Assembly (NCBI GenBank): GCA_964016885.1
Contig: OZ024740.1
Span: forward strand, 4,650,001-4,714,000
Reading direction: 5' to 3'
Length of the DNA: 64,000 nucleotides
From: Eledone cirrhosa
Taxonomy: Eukaryota
The translations under genes were made by a program, and so were the position numbers. Shown one piece after another: positions 40,145 through 53,187 of the stretch. Within the stretch, counting starts at the first letter, position 1. Every line of letters begins with the position of its first letter. The notes beneath the pieces were generated by a model. That model had not been told where the DNA came from. It ran no database searches and saw nothing but the letters and a program-made list of their open reading frames with translations.

Positions 40145-40738
40145 CATCATCATCATCATCATCATCGTTTAACGTCCATCTTCCACGCTAGCATGGGTTA
40201 GACGGGAGTTGTCCCACTTGTGGCAAGGTTGGTCGGGTGACCATGTCTCGCTCATATAGGACTATCTGGCAGGTTTGCTACAGCTGGATGCCCTTCCTAA
40301 CACCAACCACATTTACAGTGTGGAACTGGGAACTTTTTACCGTGTTACCTACACGGCCACATTACAGCGTGGACTGTGAGGTTTTTTGTTTTTTTTGTGA
40401 CACCTACACGATCTCGATCTCATTATCTCATTTATTTGGACTGGATGTTGTGGTACAAACTTTACAGAGAGAGGGTGGTGTTGGTGTGAGTGGGAGGATA
40501 GGGTAGGGGTAGTGGATTGGGGTGTATATTTGGTTAGGAGGTGCCTACTGACTGTAGGTTTCGCTTTGTACATAGGCAAGGCAGGTCTTCTGTATTACTG
40601 CGTAGCGCCAAAGATCTCGGTCCAGTGACATTGTCTTGGAGAGGTGTGTGTCAGGTCGGAATTTATCAGATCGTCCCAGGTTTTTCAGGGTCTACCTACT
40701 CCGTAACTACCATCAATTTTGATCGCCCTGCACTTTTT
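40145..40738 (-). mobile_element. 3' end of RTE LINE
   Basis: Reverse complement of the 59615-60180 region, with a (CAT)n tail at ~40145-40165. Confidence 0.9.
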
Positions 40739-40821
40739 TTTATATATATATGTATATTAATTTTAAGTATGTGTTGGTTATTTTAACCCGTTGACTTACA
40801 CTTCTTGTTTATATATATACA

Positions 40822-41514
40822 CTAGCAGAATGGCCTGGCGTTGCTCGGGCTTCTAAACATAGATCGGCATGTTTATCCCTCCTTAGCAGGGGTTTAACTT
40901 AATTGGGTGCCTGGGAGTAAAATATTCAACCCACGAAAGCCAAGACAATAGGGTTAAGTAAAAACGCATTCGACAAACCGAACATTTATTTGTTGTGCTA
41001 TAGTACAATGAAAGCAATAATTACAGAGCAGTAATCATGTGGGACTGCAGTGGTGGAGAGCATGAAGGAATTTAGTTGGATACTTTTAAGTATCAAAAAT
41101 CTACCCAATCTGATATAGACCGAACTGTTATATCGGATGCCGAACGCTTCGGAGTTACTATTGGGGTCACCATCAGCAATTCCAAGGGATGTACATTTAA
41201 TTAGGGATAATATAGTCTATAAAGAGAGGTAACTCTTTCAAAATACTAAAGAGTTACCTCTCTTGAACATTGTAGACAAAATTGCCGAACTAACTGACAA
41301 AAAGGGCTTAAAGTTTTAGTGAAAAAAAACGCCTTTAACAACAGAAAATTGAAAAATAAAAGCTGCAGTTAATATGTTTAGACCGCAAGGAATATATAAA
41401 TGCATGTTTGAAGTCAATCGGAGTAGAAATGTGGATTTGTATAGACTTTGCCCAAATTAGGACACACACACACAGACAACTTCAGTTTTATATATATGTA
41501 TACATATATATAGA
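40822..41514 (-). mobile_element. Non-autonomous Helitron-like element
   Basis: The minus strand starts TCTATATAT...ATAAAACTGAAGTTGTCTGTGTG and ends with a GC-rich imperfect hairpin GCCCGAGCAACGCCAGGC followed by CTAG|T. It contains a perfect 17-bp hairpin at 41222-41264. Confidence 0.7.
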
Positions 41515-41629
41515 AGAAGTAACACAACAGTTATTTCACCATACCAAGAACAATTGTTTCTACTTCTACCAAACTCGTCCCATGGAGTGAGTGCTCTACC
41601 ACTACGAATATTACCTTCCAGTGTGCTAC

Positions 41630-41674
<45 letters not shown>

Positions 41675-41864
41675 AAAGGAATAATAGATACAATATACCT
41701 ATTTTTTCTATAGTCCCGACTGTACAGTTTTGCTGGTCACTATGCAAAAATGTTATATCATAGATATGTAACATTGTTGTGAGGTAAGCCAGCTTATCAA
41801 GGGAGCACCTCCATATATATATATGGAAGGAATCTTTAGTTTACTTGAAGCATTGTATATATGG

Positions 41865-42176
41865 TATAAAGAATTAAAAGTTTGAAAGCCATGACAATGC
41901 AGGTTTGGAGAATAATTAAATCGTAAGAAACAGGGGTTGTTTTTTTACCTTAATTTATTCCTATGTCCTCACATTTCAAGATTAATATCTCTTCCAGGTT
42001 TATATTTCTTCTTCGGAGATATAATAGTTTCTTTATTTTCCTTAGAAGAAGAGATAATAATCTCAAAATATTAGGATATGAATAAATTAAGGTAAAAAAT
42101 TAAGGTTTCTTACGATTTGATTATTTTCCTTCTAAACCTGCATTGTTGTGGCTTTCAAACTTTTAATACTTTATAC
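41865..42176. repeat. Older degenerate palindromic element (~130-bp arms) with hammerhead-like remnants
   Basis: GTATAAAGAATTAAAAGTTTGAAAGCCATGACAATGCAGGTTT / AAACCTGCATTGTTGTGGCTTTCAAACTTTTAATACTTTATAC. The left arm minus strand reads CUGGAAGA-GAU(AUUA)AUC-UU-GAAA-UGU(GAGG)ACA-UA. Confidence 0.7.
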
Positions 42177-42179
42177 ATC

Positions 42180-44045
42180 ATCATCATTATCATCATTTTA
42201 CGCTTTTCTCTGCTTGCAAGGGTGGGATGGGTCCTATTCAGCACAGAATCTCTCCCTTGTCATGGTCCTTCACCATCTCCACCATGAGCTTCAGTGATAT
42301 GAGGTCTGCTCTCACCACCTCTGCCCATGTTTTTCGTGGTCTTCCTCTACTACGTCTTCCTTCAACTGGCATTTCTTGACACTTCTTCACCCATCGGTCA
42401 TCCTCGATGTGCATCACATGTCCATACCATTGCTGCCCATGTCTCACTACCATGCAGCATCGCGCACTTCACACAGGCATCAGATAACTGGCCTTTCGTA
42501 CATAGGGAGAAACCCTTCTTCATCAGCAGAGGAAGCAGCTCCCTAAACTTCTTCCAACCCGTCCTTATTCTAGATACTATGGCCTCGGAATACCCTCCCT
42601 CCATGCTAATCTGATCTCCTAGGTACCGGAAGCTATCCACCACTTCTATAGCACCCGCCTGCATTTGGAAAATGTGTCTATCAATGCAACTCCTACTGTC
42701 TAATTTCCCTGTACATCTACTGCATACATATTTCTCACTACCTGTTAGTTTGCCTGCTATCCCGCTACATCTCTTGTGTACCCAGGATCTGCAATGTGTG
42801 CATTTTATAGAATTTATGCCAGTTCCTTTTCTGCATATCGAACATGGCCATTTCCCTGATGGAATCAGAGTTTTGTCCTCTTTTCTACTCATCAACACTT
42901 TTGTCTTAGCTAGATTCACTCTCAGTCCTCTTGCTTCCAACTGCTGTTTCTATAACCAGAATTTATTCTCTAGCTCCTCTACTGATTCTGCTATAAGAAC
43001 CAGATCGTCAGCATAGAGAAGTTTCCATGGAGAGTCAGTCTTAAACTCCTCTGTTATGGCTTGGAGGACTAAAATAAACAAGAGCGTACTGAGGACCGAA
43101 CCCTAATGTACTCCTACTTGAATCTGGAATTCCTCACTAAACTCCATTTCTACCCTCACTTTACTTAGAGTACCTCTGTACAAAGTTTGCACTGTCCTCA
43201 CAAGCCATTCCTCAACACCTAGCTTCCTTAGGGACCACCAGATGACAGATCGGGGTACCCTATCAAAGGCCTTCTCTAGGTCAACAAAAGCTAAGTATAG
43301 TGGCTTATTCTTCTCTAAGAACCTCTTTTGTAGTTGTCTCACTAAGAAGAGGGCATCTGTTGTACTTTTCCAAGGTACAAAACCAAACTGCATCTCATCT
43401 AGTTTGACCATTTCTCTAATTAGTTGCACTAATATTCTTTCTGTCACTTTCATAACCTGATCCATCAGTTTTATGCCCCTATAATTGTTCCACTCCAGAG
43501 AATCCCCTTTACCTTTGTAGCAATTTATGAGAATACTGCTGCACCAGTCTTTGGGTATGACACCACCATCTATAGCTTGATTAATGATGCATGCAACCAG
43601 TTTAATGCCTACTTCTTCTGATGCCTCTCAGCAACTAACCCCGACGGTCCAGCGGCCTTACTATTTTTAATTTCCTTAAACGCCTCTTGTACCCTATATT
43701 CGTCGATCTCAATAGCTGGTCACTCAGTCGGGTCTACAGGTGGTAATTTCTCTCTGTCCCATTCATTGTCCATTCATCAGTCTCTCATAATGACATTTCC
43801 AGGCCTCCATTTTTTTAATCATTTGTGACACTAAGTACACCGGCATCATTCCGGACACATTTATCTCCAACAACATCCTGATTTGCATTGACACACTGCC
43901 TTGCAATGTGGAACACCGCACGTCTCTGATCTTCCCGCCGCAGAACATTGGCAAACCTCCTACTCTCAGCCTCCCTGCATGCTAAGTACACCTGACGTCT
44001 AGCTTCTCTCTTAGTGGCTGTATATCCTTCCCTACTCCCACCATT
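42180..44045 (-). mobile_element. 5'-truncated decayed RTE LINE of a second subfamily
   Basis: Broken ORFs with QFGFVP..STTDALF, FVDLEKAFDRV, GVH, YADD, FRYLGD and GRPRKTW, plus a short different 3' UTR and (GAT)n tail. Confidence 0.9.
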
Positions 44046-44375
44046 TTATATATATATATATATAAAGAATTAAATATATATATGTGTGTATATAACATGT
44101 GCATATAACATGTTCACAGAAGTGGTGTTAAAATAAATGGTGAGTCTGCTATGTAAAGATGAAAAGGCTTCTTTCCAAGCCCTTTCTGGCAGTTCACTTT
44201 AAAAGAAATGGAGACTAGAAATGGCCCCAGTTTTTGACTGATATTTCATTTATTTATTCCAAAGTGATGTAAAGCAAAGTTGATTTGAACTGAGTGTGTA
44301 GAGAGTAGAAACAAATACTGCAAGGTATTCTATGCAATGATCTCCTGCCTCTGTCATAATGTAGAGATAATATAA

Positions 44376-44563
44376 TTGTTTCTACTTTTGGCACAAGGCC
44401 AGCAATTATCCCAGTACATTACTGGTACTTTATTTAATCGACCCAGTAAGGATGAAAGGCAAAGTTAACCCCAGCGAGATTTGAACTCAGATTGTAAAGG
44501 GCCGTAACTCAATGCGTCAAAGCTTAGCATCCGACTCTCTGCTGATACTGCCATCCATCAGCC
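44376..44563 (-). mobile_element. tRNA-derived SINE with Nin/Deu-like central domain
   Basis: A box TGGCAGTATCAG, B box GAGTTCAAATC, domain GCCTTTCATCCTTACTGGGTCGATTAAATAAAGTACCAG, TSD CATA(A/G)TGTAGAGATAA. Further copies at ~49391-49984, 50148-50260, 51638-51826, 52870-53056 (all minus) and 62230-62410 (plus). Confidence 0.82.
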
Positions 44564-44635
44564 ATAGTGTAGAGATAACATTTGTTGTTATATAACAAAT
44601 ATATAAGATTAAATAGAAGTACATGGAATCAATTA

Positions 44636-44762
44636 ATTATTGATAGGGACGTTATAGATAATTATTGATAGGGATCTTATAGATAATTATTGATAGGGAT
44701 CTTATAGATAATTATTGATAGGGATCTTATAGATAATTATTGATAGGGATCTTATAGATAAT
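44636..44762. repeat. 25-bp tandem repeat x5
   Basis: ATAATTATTGATAGGGATCTTATAG. Confidence 0.9.
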
Positions 44763-44869
44763 ACAATACACAAAAATATATAATCAAGGTGAGAAAAAAA
44801 AAACCACCATCAAATGACCACTAAGTGCCTCAATCGGTCACAGATGGTCATTGAACATTGTTGAGGTAA

Positions 44870-45110
44870 GTCAAAGTGGTGACAGTATTGCTGCTGGTGA
44901 TGGCGAGGCTAAGGTATTGTAACAACCAAGCACTCTCATGGGTATCAGCTGACACCTCAGTAAGGCCAAGTGATAGAGAGGCTGAGACACTGGAAGAATC
45001 AAGCAGAACCAAGCACACTCACAGGCATCACCTGACACCCCAGTAAGGTGAGCCGCTAACGAGGACAAGAACTTCGCTGTCAGAGGCCCAGCTCCACCAG
45101 GGATCTCAAA
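44870..45110 (-). mobile_element. Decayed C-terminal fragment of a CRE-like non-LTR element
   Basis: GGAGPLTAKFLSSLAAHLTGVSGDACECAWF, similar in pattern to the clearer fragment at 53500-53790. Confidence 0.4.
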
Positions 45111-45700
45111 TACCACAGGTGAAAAGAATAGTTAATTGATAATTCCCAGTAAAGGATAAAAAACACTTTTGGTCACGAATTATCAAGGAATTTGCACCTA
45201 GAAAGTTCCAAAGCACAAGTCCAGGTAAAGTTGTTTGTGGAAGACCAGCAGTCACCCATACATACCAGTCTCCCCTCTCCATACCACTGATGTTGTCCAA
45301 GGGAAAGGCTATGGCCGATACAGCTTGGCACCAGTGATGTCACAACTCATTTCTACAGCTGAGTAAACTGGAGCAATCTGAAATAAAGAGTCTTGCTTAA
45401 GGACACAACACAAAACCCAATCCGACAATCAAACTCACAACCTCACAATTGTCAGGCCAAAGTGACTCTTTACTTGAGCAAAACTTTGAAGTAAACAACA
45501 ACCATAAACCATAAATCCTTTTGATATCATTCTGCCTGAAACCACGTCCGTATAGAGCTAGTAAACTATGACAGACTAGGGGAAGTATTAAGTACTCCTT
45601 ACAGTTGGTAATCAAAAAGAGATAGTGAGACATGTAATAAAAATAAATAAAAAAAGGGAAAAAACAAAAATAACAATTTCTATAAAACTAATAATCATTT

Positions 45701-46897
45701 TAAGATTCAACAAGAGAAACTTGGAGTACATGGTAGCTATGAAAAGATTCAACAAGAGAAACTTGGAGTACATGGTAGCTATGAAAAGTTTCAACAAGAG
45801 AAACTTGGAGTACATGGTAGCTATGAAAAGATTCAACAAGAGAAACTTGGAGTACATGGTAGCTATGAAAAGATTCAACAAGAGAAACTTGGAGTACATG
45901 GTAGCTATGAAAAGATTCAACAAGAGAAACTTGGAGTACATGGTAGCTATGAAAAGATTCAACAAGAGAAACTTGGAGTACATGGTAGCTATGAAAAGAT
46001 TCAACAAGAGAAACTTGGAGTACATGGTAGCTATGAAAAGATTCAACAAGAGAAACTTGGAGTACATGGTAGCTATGAAAAGATTCAACAAGAGAAACTT
46101 GGAGTACATGGTAGCTATGAAAAGATTCAACAAGAGAAACTTGGAGTACATGGTAGCTATGAAAAGATTCAACAAGAGAAACTTGGAGTACATGGTAGCT
46201 ATGAAAAGATTCAACAAGAGAAACTTGGAGTACATGGTAGCTATGAAAAGATTCAACAAGAGAAACTTGGAGTACATGGTAGCTATGAAAAGATTCAACA
46301 AGAGAAAGTTGGAGTACATGGTAGCTATGAAAAGATTCAACAAGAGAAACTTGGAGTACATGGTAGCTATGAAAAGATTCAACAAGAGAAACTTGGAGTA
46401 CATGGTAGCTATGAAAAGATTCAACAAGAGAAACTTGGAGTACATGGTAGCTATGAAAAGATTCAACAAGAGAAACTTGGAGTACATGGTAGCTATGAAA
46501 AGATTCAACAAGAGAAACTTGGAGTACATGGTAGCTATGAAAAGATTCAACAAGAGAAACTTGGAGTACATGGTAGCTATGAAAAGATTCAACAAGAGAA
46601 ACTTGGAGTACATGGTAGCTATGAAAAGATTCAACAAGAGAAACTTGGAGTACATGGTAGCTATGAAAAGATTCAACAAGAGAAACTTGGAGTACATGGT
46701 AGCTATGAAAAGATTCAACAAGAGAAACTTGGAGTACATGGTAGCTATGAAAAGATTCAACAAGAGAAACTTGGAGTACATGGTAGCTATGAAAAGATTC
46801 AACAAGAGAAACTTGGAGTACATGGTAGCTATGAAAAGATTCAACAAGAGAAACTTGGAGTACATGGTAGCTATGAAAAGATTCAACAAGAGAAACT
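45701..46897. repeat. 42-bp minisatellite, ~28 almost identical units
   Basis: GATTCAACAAGAGAAACTTGGAGTACATGGTAGCTATGAAAA. Only two variant positions are visible (~45789, ~46308). Confidence 0.97.
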
Positions 46898-47166
46898 TCT
46901 GTTTTACAGCTTCCTTTCTTTTTCTTAGGCATAATCTGCCTCCCATTGGCCTTCAATATTTGAAATAATTATTTTTATTACTTGTCTCATTCGTTCTTTT
47001 TGACTACCAACTGTAACTCAATACTCCCCCTAGTCTGCCGTGGCTTACTAGCTCTATACGTACGTTAAAACTGATTAAATGAATAAATAAATAATATAGT
47101 TATTTTTATATTAAAACCTTCCATTAAAATTTTATTTTAGAAATGTTTGTTAAGCAATATTTAGTA

Positions 47167-47810
47167 CCCTTTAGTATTTACATTACTCTATATATACTAT
47201 TGTATTTTCACAGTAAAGGCTTTACCTCACATAATATCTCACATAACATTTACATAATTCTATATATACTATTGTATTTTCACAGTAAAGACTTTACCTC
47301 ACATAACATTTACATTACTCTATATATACTATTGTATTTTCACAGTAAAGACTTTACCTCACATAATATCTCACATAACATTTACATAATTCTATATATA
47401 CTATTGTATTTTCACAGTAAAGACTTTACCTCACATAACATTTACATTACTCTATATATACTATTGTATTTTCACAGTAAAGACTTTACCTCACATAATA
47501 TCTCACATAACATTTACATTACTCTATATATACTATTGTATTTTCACAGTAAAGACTTTACCTCACATAACATTTACATTACTCTATATATACTATTGTA
47601 TTTTCACAGTAAAGGCTTTACCTCACATAATATCTCACATAACATTTACATTACTCTATATATACTATTGTATTTTCACAGTAAAGGCTTTACCTCACAT
47701 AATATCTAACATAATATTGAATCTATGAGATTTTGATATAATTTATTTTGAGAACACTACCTTAACAACAGTATGAACAGCTGGTTACAGCCGGTTTAAA
47801 TGCTAAAGGG
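47167..47810. mobile_element. piggyBac-type MITE with internal 60/72-bp tandem expansion
   Basis: TIRs CCCTTTAGTATTTA / TAAATGCTAAAGGG-TTAA. An unexpanded inverted relative lies at 48176-48393. Confidence 0.7.
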
Positions 47811-48175
47811 TTAAATATCAGTTTATTAATGAGACTAAGTTATTTTATTGAATTCCTTCAAATGTTTGGTTATTTTCATAATTAATAGAAATATTTTAGT
47901 CATTAGAAATATAATACTGAAAGGGTTAATAACAGGAAATTGACTCTATACAAGGCTCAGTTGAAAAATTCATAAGCTGAATATGGAGGAGTGATGCTAG
48001 AGCTGTGAAATCTTGCATGTATTAATTTCAATTCTTCTTATTAATAACTACATTGTTTATTTCCAGGGACTATGTTGAAAATTTAATCTCATTTGGTCAT
48101 TTCATGTCTTGGTCAGCCTATGAACTTTTGACCCTCAGACACTGTATATGAGTCCTTTGTTCAGTGCATGTTTAA

Positions 48176-48393
48176 CCCTTTAGCATTTAAACCGGCTGTA
48201 TCCGGCCAGAAATCTTTCATATCTTTCTGTTCAAACTGGCTGTAACTGGCTACACATACTTATGTTAAAGTATTGTTCTCAAAATAAATAATATCAAAAT
48301 CTCATAGATTCAATGTTATGTGAGATAATGTAAAATAAAGCCTTTACCGGGAAAATATAATAGTAAAGATAGAGTAATATAAATGCTAAAGGT
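48176..48393. mobile_element. piggyBac-type MITE
   Basis: TTAA-CCCTTTAGCATTTA ... TAAATGCTAAAGGT-TTAA. Confidence 0.75.
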
Positions 48394-48754
48394 TTAAAGT
48401 GTTTATCACACAAAGCCATTAGGCAAGCATATACAAGCATATAAAGTATGACATGATGTGAATCCCTAATCTGTGACACCAACTACTGAAACACCTTCTC
48501 CACCTGCTTCAGCCACAAACTGAGGTACTGCCACCAATGCTTTTTCCAGTCTATATGGTGCAGCTGAAGCATGTTGCTCCATCTAGGCTGTACAGTCTGT
48601 CACTTTGTCCATACTTTCCCTTCTTTCGCTGATTAATCTGTCTTTTTTTGTTTTCTTCTTTCTCTTCTCTATATTTTTCCCTTCAATATTTAATATATAA
48701 ACTTTACTGTGTTTTATAAACAAAGGAAATATGATTGGATATAGAAGTGTTTAC

Positions 48755-48843
48755 CTTTTGGTCTCCTGTATCTGAAAGGTAAACCTCCAGGGTTCCAGAT
48801 ACAACGGTGTACCAATTGGTGCCAATATCTCCTTGACGAAACA
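48755..48843 (-). CDS. RAPGEF4: Internal coding exon of Epac (cAMP-regulated Rap GEF, RAPGEF4-like), N-terminal cyclic-nucleotide-binding domain
   Basis: ttgttgttgcag|TG TTT CGT CAA...GAC CAA AAG|gtaaac. The 89 nt (phase 1 to phase 0) translate [29 protein letters not shown], matching from memory the Epac2 CNB-A motif [21 protein letters not shown]. Confidence 0.9.
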
Positions 48844-48956
48844 CTGCAACAACAATACCAACATATGGAATGTAGCGAGGTTTGTGAAACAGAAATGGAG
48901 CTGTTTACAACAACAACAACAATACAACAACAACAACAACAACAACGACGACGACG

Positions 48957-48990
<34 letters not shown>

Positions 48991-49063
48991 CCACAATGTT
49001 TTCTTTATCATTTATAATAATAATGATAATAATTATTTCTTTTTTTAAAATTTTATTTATTTT

Positions 49064-49162
49064 TTACTACTACTACTACTAATACTACTACCACTACTAC
49101 TACTGCTGCTGCTCCTGCTACTGCTACTACTACTACTGCTGCTGCTGCTACTACTACTACTA

Positions 49163-49197
<35 letters not shown>

Positions 49198-49243
49198 ACT
49201 ACTACTACTACTACTGCTGCTGCTACTACTACTACTACTACTG

Positions 49244-49281
<38 letters not shown>

Positions 49282-49336
49282 ACTGCTACTACTACTACTA
49301 CTACTACTACTACTGCTGCTGCTGCTACTGCTGCTG

Positions 49337-49372
<36 letters not shown>

Positions 49373-49390
49373 ATAATAATAATAATAATA
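49064..49390. repeat. (CTA/CTG)n then (TAA)n microsatellite at a SINE tail
   Basis: Directly visible. A (CAA)n tract also lies at 48908-48992. Confidence 0.9.
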
Positions 49391-49540
49391 ATTGTTTCTA
49401 CGTTAGGCACAAGGCCAGCAATGAACCAGTACATTACTGGTACTTTATTTTATCGACCCCGTAAGGATGAAAGGCAAAGAAGTTAACCTCGGCGGGATTT
49501 GAACTCAGAATGGCAAGGGCCGTAACTCTATGCGTCAAAG

Positions 49541-49984
49541 CATGGCGTCCGACCCTCTACCTATACTACCAATCCACCACCCTACCATGGTGTCAGACCC
49601 TCTACCTATACTACCAATCCACCACCCTACCATGGTGTCAGACCCTCTACCTATACTACCAATCCACCACCCTACCATGGTGTCAGACCCTCTACCAATA
49701 CTACCAATCCACCACCCTAACATGGTGTCAGACCCTCTACCTATACTACCAATCCACCACCCTACCATGGTGTCAGACCCTCTACCAATACTACCAATCC
49801 ACCACCCTACCATGGTGTCAGACCCTCTACCTATACTACCAATCCACCACCCTACCATGGTGTCAGACCCTCTACCTATACTACCAATCCACCACCCTAC
49901 CATGGTGTCAGACCCTCTACCTATACTACCAATCCACCACCCTAACATGGTGTCAGACCCTCTACCAATACTGCCAATCCACCG
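49541..49984 (-). repeat. 45-bp minisatellite (~10 units) formed from the 5' A-box end of a SINE
   Basis: Unit ACCCTCTACCTATACTACCAATCCACCACCCTACCATGGTGTCAG corresponds to the SINE head (compare 51797-51826). Confidence 0.9.
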
Positions 49985-50366
49985 ACAATAATGATTTCAT
50001 TTATTGGCCACAAGGTCCGACATGTAGGGGACAATAGAAAGACAGTGGGGTGGGGGTTACAATAACATTGAGTGAGAATACACAATAACGAAAACAATTT
50101 AACAAAGAAAAATATATAAAAATAAAATATATTTATAATAATAACAATAATTGTTTCTACGTTAGGCACAAGGCCAGCAAATACCCAGTGTATTACTGGT
50201 ACTTTATTTTATCGACCCCGTAATGATTAAAGGCAAAGTTAACCTCGGCGGGATTTGAACCCTTAATAATAATAATGATTTCATTTATTAGCCACAAGGG
50301 ATAATAACAATAATAATAATTTGATGCCAAAGTAATAAAAAAAATCGTGGAAGATAGACGTTAAAC

Positions 50367-50402
<36 letters not shown>

Positions 50403-50499
50403 AAACTGAAAAAGAAAAACAACCCCATTTGATACCAGAGTGACAAAAAAAAAAAAAATGGGAAAAGAATAGTAGAAGAGTGTTGGAATAAATAAGATG

Positions 50500-50660
50500 A
50501 CAGGGTGATGATCCTGCCAATTGTTATTGGGGTCTTGGGAACTGTGGTAAAGAATTGGAAATTAAAACTTTGGAAAGTTCCATCTAAATCTGTTGATGTA
50601 GTGCAAAAAAAGTGTTTAATTGGATCAGCAAGAATTATCTGTGGAAAGTTCTTGAAACTT
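50500..50660 (+). mobile_element. C-terminal remnant of an RLE-endonuclease non-LTR element (R4/NeSL-like)
   Basis: ILPIVIGVLGTV...VQKKCLIGSARII resembles the conserved PIVIGALG...QK..LLG.ARI terminus. Confidence 0.6.
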
Positions 50661-51880
50661 GATATGGCCAATTATAAACAGTATGGAAGTAGCTTAACCC
50701 TTTAGATACCAACCCACCTAAAACTGCTCTAGTTTTATAACACAAAACTGTTTGTACTTAATACTATCAAGTTATATCATGATTCTATGTGAAAAACATT
50801 GCTTATGTTCTGTTCCAAATATCTGTTTAACCCATTACCATTTAAACTGGCCATAACCGGACATAATTCTCTCACCTCTTTCTGTTTAAACCAGTTGTAA
50901 CAACAACAACAACAACGATGACAACAACAACAACCACAACAACAACAACAACAGCAACAACAACAACAACAACCACAACAACAACAGCAACAACCACTAC
51001 AACAACAACCACCACAACAACAACAACAACAACAACAACAACTGCAACATAACATTATTGTCATATCCTCATTGCTGCACTTTTAACCAATTGTATAATT
51101 CTGCACTTCAACTATTTTATCATCAGCTGGCAGAGGGCACGACGCTTTGTAAGAGAAACATTTTACAGACATGTCTTTTGATATAAGATGAGAGATGAAA
51201 TAAACAGCTGATCATTACTGCCGCCAATAATGGTAAATGTAGTCAATTGAACAGAAGAGTGTATAACAAGAGAAGAACAGGAATAAATAGATTTTTGTGT
51301 AAGTTATAGAAAAGTATTAGAGGAAATATACGTGAGAAGATAAACAAGAAAGGTATTAGATTTTTATTGTGATGGTATAGTTCATTAAGTACAGAGTTTG
51401 TGTATAACTAGTTAGCGGGGAGGGGGTCATAATTGATTGAGTAAAGAATTGGTAAATAACTAGTGAGTAGGTGGGGGTCATTGTCTAGTTAGTAAAAAGG
51501 TCAGTTTGTTAAGTACAGCATTGCTAGTGGGTGGATGGAGGTTAAAGTTTGTTGAGTATATATAATTGGTTAATAGCTAATGGGTGTGTAGAGGTCATTG
51601 GGTACAGATTTGCTTAAAAAAATAGAAAAAATTAAATAATTGTTTCTACTTTTGGCACAAGGCCAGCAGCAATTACCCAGTGCATTACTGGTACTTTATT
51701 TTATCGACCCCGTAAGGATGAAAGGCAAAGTCAACCTCGGCGGGATTTGAACTCACATCGTAAAGGGACGTAACTATGCTGGAAAGCATGGCGCCCGACC
51801 CTCTACCGATACTGCCAATCCACCACTAAATAATGAAAGGGAGGAAGGAGAGAAAACTCTACATCCTTGGATAAGCAGTA

Positions 51881-53167
51881 TGAGTGTCGTCTGAAAAATT
51901 CATATGCTGACTATGAAGGAGTGATGCTAGAGCTGTGAAATCTTCTATGCATTAATTTCAACTCTTCATCACCATCATCATCATTCAACTTCCATTTTCC
52001 ATGCTAGCATGGGTTAGATGTGTTGTCCTGTTTGAGACAAGTTGGGGCAGGTGACCATGTTTTGCTCACATAAAACTGTTTCTGGCTTGGTTTCTATGGC
52101 TGGATGCCCTTTCTAATGCCAACCACTTTACAGTGTGGACTGGGTGCTTTTTGTTGTGACACCTACATGACCACTTTACAGTGTGGACTGGGTGCTTTTT
52201 GTTGTGACACCTACATGACCACTTTACAGTGTTGACTAGGTACTTTTTGTTGTGTCACCTACATGACCACTTTACAGTGTGGACTAGGTACTTTTTGTTG
52301 CGTCACCTACATGACCACTTTACAGTGTGGACTAGGTACTTTTTGTTGTGACACCTACATGAACACTTTACAGTGTGTACTGGGTGCTTTTTGTTGTGAC
52401 ACCTACATGACCACTTTACAGTGTGTACTGGGTACTTTTTGTTGTGACACCTACATGACCACTTTACAGTGTGGACTGGGTGCTTTTTGTTGTGTCACCT
52501 ACATGACCACTTTACAGTGTAGACTGGGTACTTTTTGTTGTGACACCTACATGACCACTTTACAGTGTAGACTGGGTGCTTTTTGTTGTGTCACCTACAT
52601 GACCACTTTACAGAGAGGACTGGGTACTTTTTGTTGTGACACCTACATGACCACTTTACAGTGTAGACTGGGTGCTTTTTGTTGTGTCACCTACATGACC
52701 ACTTTACAGAGAGGACTGGGTACTTTTTGTTGTGACACCTACATGACCACTTTACAGTGTAGACTGGGTGCTTTTTGTTGTGTCACCTACATGACCACTT
52801 TACAGAGAGGACTGGGTACTTTTTGTTGTGACACCTACATGACCACTTTACAGTGTCTTCTTAATAATGGTCTCTACATTTGGCACAAGGCCAACAATAA
52901 CCCCAGTACATTACTGGTACTTTATTTTATCGACCCCGTTAGGATGAAGGGAAAGTTAGCCTTGGCGGGATTTGAACTCAGACCATAAAGGGCCCGTAAC
53001 TCTTTGCTGCAAAGCATGGTGTATGACCCTCTACCGATACTGCCAATCTACCGCCCTTAATAATAACTGCATTGTTTCTTTCCAAGGACTATGTAGAAAA
53101 ATAAACCTCATTTGGTCATTCTATGAGAATATCTTGGTCAGCCTATGAACTTTTCAGCCGATCCTCA
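51881..53167. mobile_element. Mariner-type MITE split by nested retroposon tail, 48-bp minisatellite and SINE
   Basis: TA-TGAGTGTCGTCTGAAAAATTCATATGCTGAC ... GTCAGCCTATGAACTTTTCAGCCGATCCTCA-TA. An uninterrupted relative lies at ~47950-48140. Confidence 0.72.
52122..52855 (-). repeat. 48-bp minisatellite (~15 units) homologous to the array at 1-3622
   Basis: Unit CCACTTTACAGTGTGGACTGGGTGCTTTTTGTTGTGACACCTACATGA, preceded by an inverted retroposon tail at 51966-52125. Confidence 0.93.
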
Positions 53168-53187
53168 TATATTTCAATTGTACCCAG

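Noticed and set aside
41135-41185. Hammerhead-like CUGAUGG...GAAGCGUU on the minus strand inside the Helitron
   Set aside because: Both core segments deviate and stem I pairing is poor.
45612-46968. 418-447 aa ORFs on both strands
   Set aside because: A 42-bp repeat open in three frames on two strands, with no synonymous variation.
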